DNA of 64,000 nucleotides, from IMG/VR virus record IMGVR_UViG_3300032233_001141, positions 4,634-68,633 of that record. The stretch is one strand, 5' to 3'. Within the stretch, counting starts at the first letter, position 1; each line of letters opens with the position of its first letter. The notes under the pieces were generated by a model that saw only the letters and a program-made list of their open reading frames with translations, was not told the origin of the DNA and did not search any database. The stretch comes from a virus (taxonomy: Duplodnaviria; Caudoviricetes). Made by a program: the position numbers and the translations under genes. This document shows, one piece after another, positions 9,821 to 19,213 of this stretch.

Positions 9821-10716
9821 TAAAATACCCCCATGTCTCCAAATTCACCAAATGGGTTTCCTTCACTGAAGTCAAGGATATCATCGGCTTTGTCTTCATA
9901 CCACTTGTTCTCAGCATTGTCGTAGTTGTCAATCTGAAAGTCAATAGTAGAGAAGGTGGAAACATTCCAAGATGCTCCGCTATCTTCTCCTACCAGTGGT
10001 AAGTTTTGTTGTAATACTCCATTTATATATGTGAGACGCAACTTACGATTGGCAGCATCCCATTCAGCAACTGTTGCTTCTGTAGTTACTGGTGCTCCAT
10101 CTACCATATATGTTTGAGAAACTCTCTCTCCAACTTCATAGGCACCAGTGCCACCAGCAGCAACGGTGACGGGGAATACGTGTGCCTCTTGGGTGAGATC
10201 ATCAATTTCATCAATACCAGTATCAAACTGATTGTCGGCATTTTCAAGTAGTTCACATGATAATGAATAGATGTAATTTTTACCTAGTTGATAGAAAGGT
10301 GTTTCTCTTTCTACAAACTTAATCTCGTAGGTATTTTTTGTCATCGGTACATAAATCAAATCACCTTCATTTGGTCTTCCTTCTACATGTGTTGACAACG
10401 CTAAAGAAGTCCAAGATTTCCACCTTCTTTTTGAAACAGCAAACGTAATCTCATCAGTTAATCTGAGACCAAACTTGCTCATGGCAACAGCACCAGCTCC
10501 ACCAAATCCTTCAACGTTAATTAACATCATTTCAATCATATAAGTTTCTTTGAACTCATTTAAAATAACATCATTTAAAGTTCTATCAATTAACATTGTT
10601 TTTGGAACGTAATATACATCCATTCCAAACAGTTTAATCTGTTCGTCAACTAAACTTTGTACTAGTTCTTGTTCGGTATTGATTCCACCGAACTGTGGGA
10701 AATGAACGCTTTTCAT
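9820..10716 (-). CDS. gp14: Neck protein
   Basis: EQELVQSLVDEQIKLFGMDVYY, SKFGL, RPNEGDLIY and PFYQLGK motifs; ends FSEGNPFG. Confidence 0.95.
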   Translation of the reverse strand: MKSVHFPQFGGINTEQELVQSLVDEQIKLFGMDVYYVPKTMLIDRTLNDVILNEFKETYMIEMMLINVEGFGGAGAVAMSKFGLRLTDEITFAVSKRRWKSWTSLALSTHVEGRPNEGDLIYVPMTKNTYEIKFVERETPFYQLGKNYIYSLSCELLENADNQFDTGIDEIDDLTQEAHVFPVTVAAGGTGAYEVGERVSQTYMVDGAPVTTEATVAEWDAANRKLRLTYINGVLQQNLPLVGEDSGASWNVSTFSTIDFQIDNYDNAENKWYEDKADDILDFSEGNPFGEFGDMGVF

Positions 10717-11522
10717 TATCCGATGGCATCCATTGGTGGAATTTCATAATCAGAAATCATCTTCCTTTCGATCTCTTCAATTTCTTTCAAAGCATCTTCA
10801 AAAATTTGACGACCGTTTAATGACACACCGCCAGGTAGTTGAACATTATTAAACTTGATTAAATTTTGACCCCACTGACGTTTGAACAAAGCAGTGGTGT
10901 ATCGCTTTACCCAAAAATCATTATAAATTTTTGTTAACTGGGTTGGGTCTAATGCTCTGTAGCAATCAATAATAAAGATCTTACCTGCTGTCATCAATGT
11001 TGCGTCGTAGTCAATATAAAGTTTACCGTTTCTTTTTGTAAATCTATACTGAACAATTGAACCAGTATTGAGCACCATATCAAGTGTCTCAATATATGTC
11101 TTGGTCATGTAGTAGTTTAGAATATCAATCGAACCAAAAGCATACAAGTCATTCAAGAAGATTTGGTATTCGATACCAAATAGATCTCCTCTGATGCTAC
11201 TGGAAGTTACACCGAAGATTCTTTCAATACCAATGATGTGATCTGGTAGTTGTAGGTAGTTATTTCTTTCCGTAAATACTGTTCCGTCAGAACCAGTGTG
11301 AGTAGTGTTTGATGTTTTGAATCGTGCGACATCATCAGCAGTCATCGTGTGCTTCAGATACATTCTCTCAGCACCATCAAAATGACGTTCAGAAAAATAT
11401 TGTAAAGCTTCATCAATACGATCTTCTAATTGGTCATCATCTACGTTGATTTCCAATACAGGAGCACCTAGTTGGCGAAGACAATATAATTTTAATTCTT
11501 CTCTCGATGCTGGCTTAGCCAT
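10716..11522 (-). CDS. gp13: Neck protein
   Basis: CLRQLGAPVLEINVDDDQLEDRIDEALQYF and KRQWGQNLIKF.NVQLPGGV.LNG motifs. Confidence 0.95.
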   Translation of the reverse strand: MAKPASREELKLYCLRQLGAPVLEINVDDDQLEDRIDEALQYFSERHFDGAERMYLKHTMTADDVARFKTSNTTHTGSDGTVFTERNNYLQLPDHIIGIERIFGVTSSSIRGDLFGIEYQIFLNDLYAFGSIDILNYYMTKTYIETLDMVLNTGSIVQYRFTKRNGKLYIDYDATLMTAGKIFIIDCYRALDPTQLTKIYNDFWVKRYTTALFKRQWGQNLIKFNNVQLPGGVSLNGRQIFEDALKEIEEIERKMISDYEIPPMDAIG

Positions 11523-11545
11523 TATTGTACTTTTACTTTATTGAC

Positions 11546-11553
11546 TATTTATG
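11546..11553 (-). promoter_or_regulatory. Late promoter (CATAAATA) upstream of gp13
   Basis: NATAAATA in the 40-nt gap before gp13. Confidence 0.75.
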
Positions 11554-11562
11554 AATACTAAG

Positions 11563-12483
11563 CTACCAAGAATGAATAATCACTAACCCAGCACCACCAT
11601 CACCGCCACGACCACAACCAGCGCCAACCGCAGTGCCACCAGCACCACCACCTCCACCACCAGAACCAAACCCACCATTACCACCTCTGGTTCCACCAGC
11701 TGTTGCAGATAATCCGTTAGTCCCACCAGTGGAAAGGAGTGGATGGTAAATTTCTACTCCAGATTGCCCAAGGTTTCCAGCACCACTGACAGTTGTGAGA
11801 GTTGAAAAAATAGTGTATGCAGTTTGAGTTGGAGCAGTAATACTGCCACCTGTTACGTTAGTGCCTCCACTACCACCCACACCGCCAGAAAGTAAAAGTC
11901 CTGTGGTTGGATAAGTATTACTTGTGGTTGTAGTGAGACTACCATTTGTTCCTGCTTGTCCAGCAATAAAATTAGTAATACCATAAGATGCTAATGGCAT
12001 ATCAACAATTGTTGCAACAATGCCACCAGCACCCCCAGTACCACCAGCAGTTGCTGTTGCAATGGTTCCCGCTTTTCCACTATTAGCATAACAAACGCGA
12101 TAAATTGTAGCATTACTTGGGGCAATACAAACATAAGAATTTATCCCACCTCCTCCAAGAGTTGCTCCAGTAATAGTCGTATTTCCACCAGAACCACCTG
12201 CACCAGAAGAGACATACAATATATCTGGAACAACGTAAGCAGGAATAGTTGCGATGGAGATAGCAGAACTTCCACCACCAGCTCCACCAGCTCGTAAAGT
12301 GGTGCTAGTAGCAGCAAATCCACTTCCACCTCCCCCACCACCAGCAATACAGGTGATTCGTATCATATGAATTCCTGTGGGTTTTTCCCAGGCAATCCAA
12401 GAACCTCCATCAGTATTCGAGATACCTGTAAAATAATCTATATTTCCATTTTGTTCTTTTGGAAGATGTAAGTAATCTAACAT
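11563..12483 (-). CDS. Glycine-rich putative adhesin / fibre-tip protein, paralog 3
   Basis: 306 aa; MLDYLHLPK start, GGGGGG runs, YPTTGLLLSGG motif, ends in W. Confidence 0.8.
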   Translation of the reverse strand: MLDYLHLPKEQNGNIDYFTGISNTDGGSWIAWEKPTGIHMIRITCIAGGGGGGSGFAATSTTLRAGGAGGGSSAISIATIPAYVVPDILYVSSGAGGSGGNTTITGATLGGGGINSYVCIAPSNATIYRVCYANSGKAGTIATATAGGTGGAGGIVATIVDMPLASYGITNFIAGQAGTNGSLTTTTSNTYPTTGLLLSGGVGGSGGTNVTGGSITAPTQTAYTIFSTLTTVSGAGNLGQSGVEIYHPLLSTGGTNGLSATAGGTRGGNGGFGSGGGGGGAGGTAVGAGCGRGGDGGAGLVIIHSW

Positions 12484-12489
12484 TGTTCT

Positions 12490-13419
12490 TTACCAGCAAC
12501 TTATTATGACTAAACCATTACCACCATTACCACCATTACCAGCATTACCGCCACCAGCACCACCACCTCCACCACCAGAACCAAACCCACCATCACCACC
12601 TTTACCACCAGCAGCAGTTCCATCAAAAGATGAACCACCACCAGCACCACCACAAGATAATAAAGGTAAAGAAAGTTCTATTCCATCAAATCCAGGACCA
12701 CCTGCTGCAGGATCTCCCCTAACACCCCCTGTTCTTGTTTGAAATAAATTATAAACTGTTGTTTGTGATGCTGGTGCTGAAACTGCTCCCCCATCTCTAC
12801 GATCAGCACCTCCACCTCCCGCACCGCCAGAAAGTAGAAGACCTGTAGTTGGGTAAGTAATGGAATTTCCGTCGTTAGTGCTACCACCTGCTGCCCCTGA
12901 TTGACCACCAAGCGAAGTGAAGTTGCCTTGCCCAGCCATCAATGCGGAAGATATTGTTGTTACTGTAGCACCAGTGCCACCAGCAGCAGCGCCAGTGGAG
13001 GCTCCAGGGTTGCCACCGCCGCCGCCTAGAGCAGCACAAATTGTGTAAATTGCTGCGTTACTTTGAGCAATAGAAACATAAGATGGGGTGCCACTAAAAC
13101 CATTAAGACCAACCAAAGAGCTACCAGTGCCACCAAGACCAACACTTACATATAATGTATCTGGAAGAAATATTGCTGGAATCATCACAGTTGCTACATC
13201 TGCGGATCCACCACCACCACCTCCACCTCTTCCTGATACGCTAGCAGAAGCAAATCCCTTTCCACCACCACCCCCTCCACCAATCGTAATAATTTTAATA
13301 AAACTTATACCCCTTGGTTTGTTCCATACTCGCCATTGTGCTCCATCATTAATAGAAAATCCTTCGAAGTGATCAATATAACCATTTTGGGGTTTGGGAA
13401 GATGTAAAAGATCAAGCAT
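12490..13419 (-). CDS. Glycine-rich putative adhesin / fibre-tip protein, paralog 2
   Basis: 309 aa; same architecture as its neighbours (MLDLLHLPK, YPTTGLLLSGG, GGFGSGGGGGGA, ends in W). Confidence 0.8.
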   Translation of the reverse strand: MLDLLHLPKPQNGYIDHFEGFSINDGAQWRVWNKPRGISFIKIITIGGGGGGGKGFASASVSGRGGGGGGGSADVATVMIPAIFLPDTLYVSVGLGGTGSSLVGLNGFSGTPSYVSIAQSNAAIYTICAALGGGGGNPGASTGAAAGGTGATVTTISSALMAGQGNFTSLGGQSGAAGGSTNDGNSITYPTTGLLLSGGAGGGGADRRDGGAVSAPASQTTVYNLFQTRTGGVRGDPAAGGPGFDGIELSLPLLSCGGAGGGSSFDGTAAGGKGGDGGFGSGGGGGGAGGGNAGNGGNGGNGLVIISCW

Positions 13420-13425
13420 TTTTCT

Positions 13426-14334
13426 TTACCACGTTTGAATAACTACTAAACCAGCACCACCATTTCCACCAACACCACCAGGAGTTCCAGTAGTAACAGA
13501 TGCTCCACCACCTCCACCACCAGAACCAAACCCACCACCACCACCTGTGTTGCCACCATTTACAAATGCACCTCCACCAACTCCACCACAAGACATTAGA
13601 GGTTTATAAAGTTCTGCTCCATATTGCCCATTAGTAAAAGCCGCAGCCGTGCGTGTTTGAAATAAATTATAAACTGTTGTTTGTGATGCTGGAGCATTAA
13701 CATTTCCAGCAGCACTAGAAGTATTGGCAGATATACCTCCGCCAGCAGACCCACCACTAAGAAGAAGTCCTGTGGTTGGATAAGTAATTGAACCACCAAC
13801 ACCAACACCACCACTAGCACCAGATTGACCCGCTATACTATTAAAATGTCCTTGAAAACCTTGTAGTGCTGTAGTTAGAGCTGAAAGACCGCCTCCAGCT
13901 CCACCAGTTCCTCCAGATACACCAGCATTTCCGTTCCCGCCGACATTACCACCATTAGCATAACAAAGAATATAAATGGCAACGTTTGCTGGAGCAATAC
14001 ATACTTGTGAAGATATTCCAACTCCACCAGTATTTACAGTTCCACCAATACCAGCACTTACATACAATACATCTGGCACAAAACTAGCAGGAATTGTTAT
14101 ATTTGCTATTGCACTTGACCCTCCACCACCTCCACCAGTAGCAGAAGTGTTTGTTCCATTACCAGCTCCACCATTACCACCTTTACCACCACCCCCAATA
14201 CATAAAATTCTAATAAAATTACAATTTTTTGGTTTATTCCAAACTTCCCAAACTGCTCCAGTAATACTAGAAAATCCTGGGAAATAATCTACTGTTCCAG
14301 TCAGCGGTTTGGGTAAATGGCCAAAATCAAGCAT
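13426..14334 (-). CDS. Glycine-rich putative adhesin / fibre-tip protein, paralog 1
   Basis: 302 aa; MLDFGHLPK start, YPTTGLLLSGG motif, ends in W. Confidence 0.8.
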   Translation of the reverse strand: MLDFGHLPKPLTGTVDYFPGFSSITGAVWEVWNKPKNCNFIRILCIGGGGKGGNGGAGNGTNTSATGGGGGGSSAIANITIPASFVPDVLYVSAGIGGTVNTGGVGISSQVCIAPANVAIYILCYANGGNVGGNGNAGVSGGTGGAGGGLSALTTALQGFQGHFNSIAGQSGASGGVGVGGSITYPTTGLLLSGGSAGGGISANTSSAAGNVNAPASQTTVYNLFQTRTAAAFTNGQYGAELYKPLMSCGGVGGGAFVNGGNTGGGGGFGSGGGGGGASVTTGTPGGVGGNGGAGLVVIQTW

Positions 14335-14777
14335 TAATAATCTCCACCAATTACGGTAGCAATCCAGGCAGTGCTTGCTGTATTGGTGGTACTTGTAGAT
14401 ACAATAATATATTGGTTTGATGGAATTGCAAAGTTTAATGGAATATCAATTGGATATGATGCTGCTAATGCCGTTGGGGTTTGTGTAGCAGCATTGACTT
14501 CTTGATATAGAAAAGTGTTTGCTGTTGTGAGTAATCCAGTATTTGCGGTTGAAATATGAACTCTCAATGTTGTTGCAGCAGAAGCAGTACCCATTGTAGC
14601 TTCTGCAAGTGAAAATCTCACTCTTTGTAGATAACTTCCGTTTGTGCCTGGAGTAAAAGCAAGAAATACTGTAGAACCTACTGTTCCAGTTCCATCAGAT
14701 GTTCCAAGTGCTCCAGTAATTCTAACTGAAGAAGTTCTTGGAGTTACGCTAAAAATTGGGGAAGTATTGGCTGGCAT
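14334..14777 (-). CDS. Hypothetical fibre-associated beta-rich protein
   Basis: 147-aa ORF (MPANTSPIF); its stop overlaps the start of the Gly-rich trio. Confidence 0.75.
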   Translation of the reverse strand: MPANTSPIFSVTPRTSSVRITGALGTSDGTGTVGSTVFLAFTPGTNGSYLQRVRFSLAEATMGTASAATTLRVHISTANTGLLTTANTFLYQEVNAATQTPTALAASYPIDIPLNFAIPSNQYIIVSTSTTNTASTAWIATVIGGDY

Positions 14778-14799
14778 GTATTTTAAATCTTTCTGCCGT

Positions 14800-14807
14800 T
14801 ATTTATG
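14800..14807 (-). promoter_or_regulatory. Late promoter (CATAAATA) overlapping the stop of the upstream gene
   Basis: NATAAATA 22 nt upstream of the ATG at 14777. Confidence 0.6.
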
Positions 14808-15456
14808 GCATGAACATACCATATGCAGATGCCAATGCGGTGCCGTAATTTGGAGCCGCTGTAGGTGTCGACCAATTTCCATCTGCTCTTAAGAAAGTAG
14901 TAGTTCCACCCCCAGAGGCAGGAGCAACACCTTTTTCTGAAGATGTAAATTCAGAAAGAAATGTTGTTACTTGTGCTCCTGTTAAATCTAATGGCACCCC
15001 CTGTATCCCCGCCGTTCTACCTTTGAGAGTGCCAGGTTGCATATCAGCAAGCATTGTGTTTTGAATAGTTGCCGAATCACCTGTTGTTACAAATGTTCCA
15101 CTAGTATTTGGAAGAATTATTGTTCGGTTGGCAGTTAACGTTGTTGGTACAATGGTGACATCAAAACTTCCAGTGCCACCATTACGACCTTGGAGAATAA
15201 TTCCATCTTGAGCGGCATTAGAATAATTGATAGTTTGACCAGTGGCATTGGTAAACGTATTAGCTCCAGTAAAAGCGTTACTGGCAGAAAGACTAACTCC
15301 ACTAGCATTTCCATCAACTATCAAAGTAGCAACGCTAGACGAATTACCGACAAAAATTTTCTTGTCGGTAATATTTACTCCAAGTTCACCATAGGTGAGG
15401 GTCGGAACTGCCGCTGCCGTTTCCGACCTCTTAACTTTAATTATCGGGGATGCCAT
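14803..15456 (-). CDS. Short tail-fibre-like protein
   Basis: N-terminal IKVKRS...GELGVN...KIFVG resembles fibre N-terminal anchor domains; also GGTTTFLRADGNW. Confidence 0.7.
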   Translation of the reverse strand: MASPIIKVKRSETAAAVPTLTYGELGVNITDKKIFVGNSSSVATLIVDGNASGVSLSASNAFTGANTFTNATGQTINYSNAAQDGIILQGRNGGTGSFDVTIVPTTLTANRTIILPNTSGTFVTTGDSATIQNTMLADMQPGTLKGRTAGIQGVPLDLTGAQVTTFLSEFTSSEKGVAPASGGGTTTFLRADGNWSTPTAAPNYGTALASAYGMFMP

Positions 15457-15479
15457 AACTAATTATAGGGGGTTAATTA

Positions 15480-17114
15480 TCAATATGTTCCGCAATCAAT
15501 AGTTACGTTAATAATTGTTTTAGTTGCACCTGCAGTAATAACTTCGTTTGTAGCAGTACCAAGAGCGCCAATATACAAATTATTAACTGCTAATGTAGCA
15601 AGAGTTGTTACAGTTAACTGTGGATCTGCGGCCGTAGTTCCAGCATCACCAGAACCAATAGCAAGTTCAGATGCCAGAGTAAATCCAGTGTTGTCCAACC
15701 AAACAATACCAGATTTCTTTGCTGATGTAGCAAAGTAGTTAAATCCAATTGCTGTATCCCATGTTGTAGCAGATGATGGAGCAGCACCAGCAACTAAACC
15801 TAATTCGATGAATCTATCTTCAACTTGAATTGTCTGAGTGTTGAGGATAGTGGTGGTTCCAGATACTGTTAGGTTTCCAGTTACAGTTAAATTATTGTTA
15901 ACCGTTGTGGTTCCAGTTGAAGCACCAATTGATAAAGTGGTAGCAGCACCAGCAAAGTTTACCGTAGTTGCTGTGGTGTTAAGTAAATCAAATGATGTGC
16001 TACCAGTTGCTAATGATGTTGTTACGCTTGGAGTTGTTAATGTTGGTGAAGTGCTGAATACAAGGTTAGTTGAAGTAGTACCAGTAGCACCAGAAGCACT
16101 GTATCCACTGATGTTGTTGAAAGCAGTAATGCCAGCAGTGCTAGCTCCTGTACCACCATTAGCAACGTTTAGAGTTCCAGCAAGAGTAACAGCGCCAGTT
16201 GTTCCTGTGCTAGGAGTTAGACCAGTTGTGCCTGCTGAGAATGATGATACGCCAGTTCCATTAATTGAACTGTTAAATGAACTATACCATTGTGTGGTTG
16301 ATGAAGCATTAAACTCCATCACCCCACCAACTGGAATTGAAATGGAAGCGTTTGCTGCTAAGGCATCAATAGTGGCACCAGTAGCAGGATAAACGTTTAT
16401 TGGGTTAGCACCCTTGTTAACGATAACAATTCTTCTACCAGTTGTTGCTGTAGGTAGAGTTACACCAGATGGGTTAGCAGCCGCTGTAGTGATGACGTTG
16501 TAATCACTTGTGAGAGCACCTTGACCTTGAGTGTTGGTTCCAGCAGTGACGTTGTTGGTGGTGCTGAATGTTTCTCCAGAAAGTGATGGAGTTGTGAGTG
16601 AAGGAGATGTAGCAAATACTAGTGATCCAGTTCCTGTGTCTTCAGTTACAGCAGAAAGAAGATTTGCTGCCGAAGGAGTGGCGAGGAATGTTGCTACGTT
16701 AGTTCCTAAACCAGTTACAGCAGAAATACCAATTTGCGACCATGAAGTGTCGCCACTTGTGTTACTGGTCATGAAGTACCCAGTGGCACTAGCAGGAACA
16801 GCAGCAGGAAGTGTGAAACTATAACTTGCTGTTACGGTAGCAGGTGCTTTAACTGTTAAGGTATTCTGCGATGCTTGAGCATCTTTGAGTAGTACCTGAC
16901 CAGCACTAGTGCTAGCGACAGATTTGACTAGAATTTCTGCTGAAGCAGCATATGTGCTAGCACTAGCAACAGCAGAACCAGCACCAGAACCAGAACCACC
17001 TGCATCTCCAAGATACAGAATTTTTCCTGTGGTATTATAAACTGGTTGTGCTTCGTAGAAAATACTACCTGGAACAGTAGTTCCTCTCTTTAACTGTAAA
17101 ATAGGTGCTGCCAT
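15480..17114 (-). CDS. Tail-fibre-like protein
   Basis: 544 aa, Thr/Ala/Gly-rich; N-terminal ILQLKRGT; fibre repeats such as GTGSLVFATSPSLTTP and NLVFSTSPTLTTP; ends IDCGTY. Confidence 0.75.
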   Translation of the reverse strand: MAAPILQLKRGTTVPGSIFYEAQPVYNTTGKILYLGDAGGSGSGAGSAVASASTYAASAEILVKSVASTSAGQVLLKDAQASQNTLTVKAPATVTASYSFTLPAAVPASATGYFMTSNTSGDTSWSQIGISAVTGLGTNVATFLATPSAANLLSAVTEDTGTGSLVFATSPSLTTPSLSGETFSTTNNVTAGTNTQGQGALTSDYNVITTAAANPSGVTLPTATTGRRIVIVNKGANPINVYPATGATIDALAANASISIPVGGVMEFNASSTTQWYSSFNSSINGTGVSSFSAGTTGLTPSTGTTGAVTLAGTLNVANGGTGASTAGITAFNNISGYSASGATGTTSTNLVFSTSPTLTTPSVTTSLATGSTSFDLLNTTATTVNFAGAATTLSIGASTGTTTVNNNLTVTGNLTVSGTTTILNTQTIQVEDRFIELGLVAGAAPSSATTWDTAIGFNYFATSAKKSGIVWLDNTGFTLASELAIGSGDAGTTAADPQLTVTTLATLAVNNLYIGALGTATNEVITAGATKTIINVTIDCGTY

Positions 17115-17132
17115 GATGGTAATTTCTATAGG

Positions 17133-17462
17133 TTAATAGGAACCATAATCTATAGCATTATCTAAACTTCCGTCAGCCAAATCAATAAGTTGTTGTGGTT
17201 GTAAGTATTTATGAATATTATTATCTGAATCATATACTAATATAGAATTATTCTGCCTATTAGTTGGATCAACAGTTATATTTGATGAAATTACTGGAGC
17301 TGTTGGAGCAGTATTAATTTGAACTGATCCTGTAGTTGTTGAATTATTTACACCAACATTAATATTATTGGTATCATTAATTTGTGCAGATTTTTTGATG
17401 GTGGTATTTTTTACGCCAACATGAATATTGTTGGATGTAATTAATTTAACATCGTAGTTCAT
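17133..17462 (-). CDS. Hypothetical protein
   Basis: 109-aa ORF coupled to the upstream gene; ends IDYGSY, similar to the 544-aa protein end IDCGTY. Confidence 0.7.
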   Translation of the reverse strand: MNYDVKLITSNNIHVGVKNTTIKKSAQINDTNNINVGVNNSTTTGSVQINTAPTAPVISSNITVDPTNRQNNSILVYDSDNNIHKYLQPQQLIDLADGSLDNAIDYGSY

Positions 17463-17800
17463 GTTACTCCTGGAGAAACATAGAATAATCCTTCTATAAC
17501 TCTGGTTTTTATACCACCAAGATTAATTGGAGCAATTATCACGACATCATAGACATATCTTGGAGATGTCATCAATGCTGTTTGTGCTGCTGATAAAGCA
17601 ATTTTTATTTTTCCAGTGGCAGCATTTATAATCGTAGCAGTAATAATATTTTTAGTTGTATTTGTGTAACTTCTACTATATTTTGCTGTCAAAATAAAAG
17701 AAGTTAAATTTAGTGCCAATCCATTGTCTCCAGTTAAGGTAAGCTCGGCAGAAAAATCAGCACCCGCTTCTATATTAAAATTAATTGGTGTTGCTGCCAT
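17459..17800 (-). CDS. Hypothetical structural protein (Ig-like / BppU-like fold suspected)
   Basis: 113 aa; INFNIEAGADFS...GKIKIALSAAQT...RYVYDVVI...RVIEG...VSPGVT pattern is common in phage baseplate and fibre regions. Confidence 0.7.
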   Translation of the reverse strand: MAATPINFNIEAGADFSAELTLTGDNGLALNLTSFILTAKYSRSYTNTTKNIITATIINAATGKIKIALSAAQTALMTSPRYVYDVVIIAPINLGGIKTRVIEGLFYVSPGVT

Positions 17801-17819
17801 TACACAAACCTTTTTTAAG

Positions 17820-17827
17820 TATTTATA
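17820..17827 (-). promoter_or_regulatory. Late promoter TATAAATA
   Basis: Perfect T4 late consensus 19 nt before the ATG at 17800, directly after a terminator. Confidence 0.8.
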
Positions 17828-17852
17828 AAAAAATCCCCACCTGAGTGGGGAT
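17827..17852 (-). terminator. Rho-independent terminator
   Basis: Minus strand ATCCCCAC-TCAG-GTGGGGAT followed by a T run, downstream of the 65-aa gene. Confidence 0.85.
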
Positions 17853-17872
17853 CGAGTAGTTTGTTTATTGAA

Positions 17873-18070
17873 TCACTCTACGATTTCTGTAGGTGTTGTT
17901 TCTGTTGGTGCTTCTGGTTCTGGATTAAGAAGTGCCAGAGTTTCTAATCCACCTTGCAACTTGAGTTTATACTCTTTTGCTTTCACAAGGTTTTCTTCGA
18001 GTTCTGAAATTTGTTTTTCAGCGGTAGCAAGTTGCTCCTCGAAATTCTTTTTAAGTGCTTCAGTGTCCAT
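17873..18070 (-). CDS. Small coiled-coil protein
   Basis: 65 aa with a heptad pattern; late promoter TATAAATA at 18098-18105 upstream. Confidence 0.75.
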   Translation of the reverse strand: MDTEALKKNFEEQLATAEKQISELEENLVKAKEYKLKLQGGLETLALLNPEPEAPTETTPTEIVE

Positions 18071-18123
18071 GCGTTTATCTAGAATGATGTGACGTTTTAT
18101 TTATAATTTAAATTTTTTATCAA

Positions 18124-19137
18124 TTATGGAACAACAATAGTTACGTTATTACCACTATATGAATATGTTGTAGTAGCACCAGTAGTGGTATTGAGAATTC
18201 TGGCGAATCCGTTACCTCCTGTAGATGCTGGTAATCCACCTAGACCAATACCACCACCAGGATATCCTGCAGCACCACCTCCAGCATTGGATCTATATTC
18301 TCCTCTTTCATTGAGTCCGTTTCTTACATAAGTAGTGTTAATATATCCAGAACCGCCACCACCGCCCGCCATGGTGTTTGATTCGGAATATCCACCAGCA
18401 GAACCACCAAAGTATCCACCGCCACCAGCACCACCATAACCATTTACTCTAGAAGTTCCGCCCAATAGAGCTTGACCAGGAACGTTAGTGTTATCTGCAT
18501 CAGATGCTGCTTGATCTGGTGCAGAACCTTGACCGCCACCTCTACCTCTGTAGACTATTTTGTTTTCATATGGAGACTGCCCATCTTGTCCCACATCACC
18601 TCCCCCAGCACCACCAAAATTACCAACGTTGGCGCGAGAAGATCCTCCACCTCCTCCACCACCAGCAATCATTATAGCGTTTGCCTGTGAAACACTACCT
18701 AAAAACAATCCACTATATCCACCACCATTTGAACCATAACGGTTGTCGCTACCAGTTCTATTTGCTTGACCACCACCACCAAAACTTACTGAACCACCAT
18801 TAACTATACCACCTTGACCAACTTGTAAAATCAACGAAGCACCAGAAGTCAACCCAGAAACTTCTCCATACGCATATCCTCCTCCACCACCAGCTGCTCC
18901 GAAAGACCAACCACCTACAGTTCCTCCTCCACCACCAGCTCCCCAAAGTTGTACTATGAACTGAGAAGATGACGTTACTACGTCATTCCATCTTGAGTTA
19001 GCAAATATTTGAATACTTCTAGTAGTTGAATTATAAATTACTAACCCAGATTCTCCCGTAGGTCTAGATGCCGTAGCAAAAGATGGCAATACCAATCCTA
19101 AAGTGGTAGTTACTTTTGCTGCATTAAGAAATGACAT
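18124..19137 (-). CDS. Glycine-rich putative adhesin
   Basis: 337 aa; QLWGAGGGGG, AGGGGGYAYG and GGGGYFGGSAG motifs; N-terminal RPTGESGLVIYNSTT fibre-type linker; late promoter CATAAATA at 19163-19170. Confidence 0.75.
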   Translation of the reverse strand: MSFLNAAKVTTTLGLVLPSFATASRPTGESGLVIYNSTTRSIQIFANSRWNDVVTSSSQFIVQLWGAGGGGGTVGGWSFGAAGGGGGYAYGEVSGLTSGASLILQVGQGGIVNGGSVSFGGGGQANRTGSDNRYGSNGGGYSGLFLGSVSQANAIMIAGGGGGGGSSRANVGNFGGAGGGDVGQDGQSPYENKIVYRGRGGGQGSAPDQAASDADNTNVPGQALLGGTSRVNGYGGAGGGGYFGGSAGGYSESNTMAGGGGGSGYINTTYVRNGLNERGEYRSNAGGGAAGYPGGGIGLGGLPASTGGNGFARILNTTTGATTTYSYSGNNVTIVVP

Positions 19138-19213
19138 GGTGAATTTTTATATCCTTGTTCTTTATTTATGGTTGTAAACCTTTATTGGAACACTACTAAA
19201 ATATTAAAATTTT

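Noticed and set aside
12506-14287. Proline-rich plus-strand ORFs (12506, 13088, 13976)
   Set aside because: They are antisense shadows of GGT/GGA glycine codons in the Gly-rich genes.
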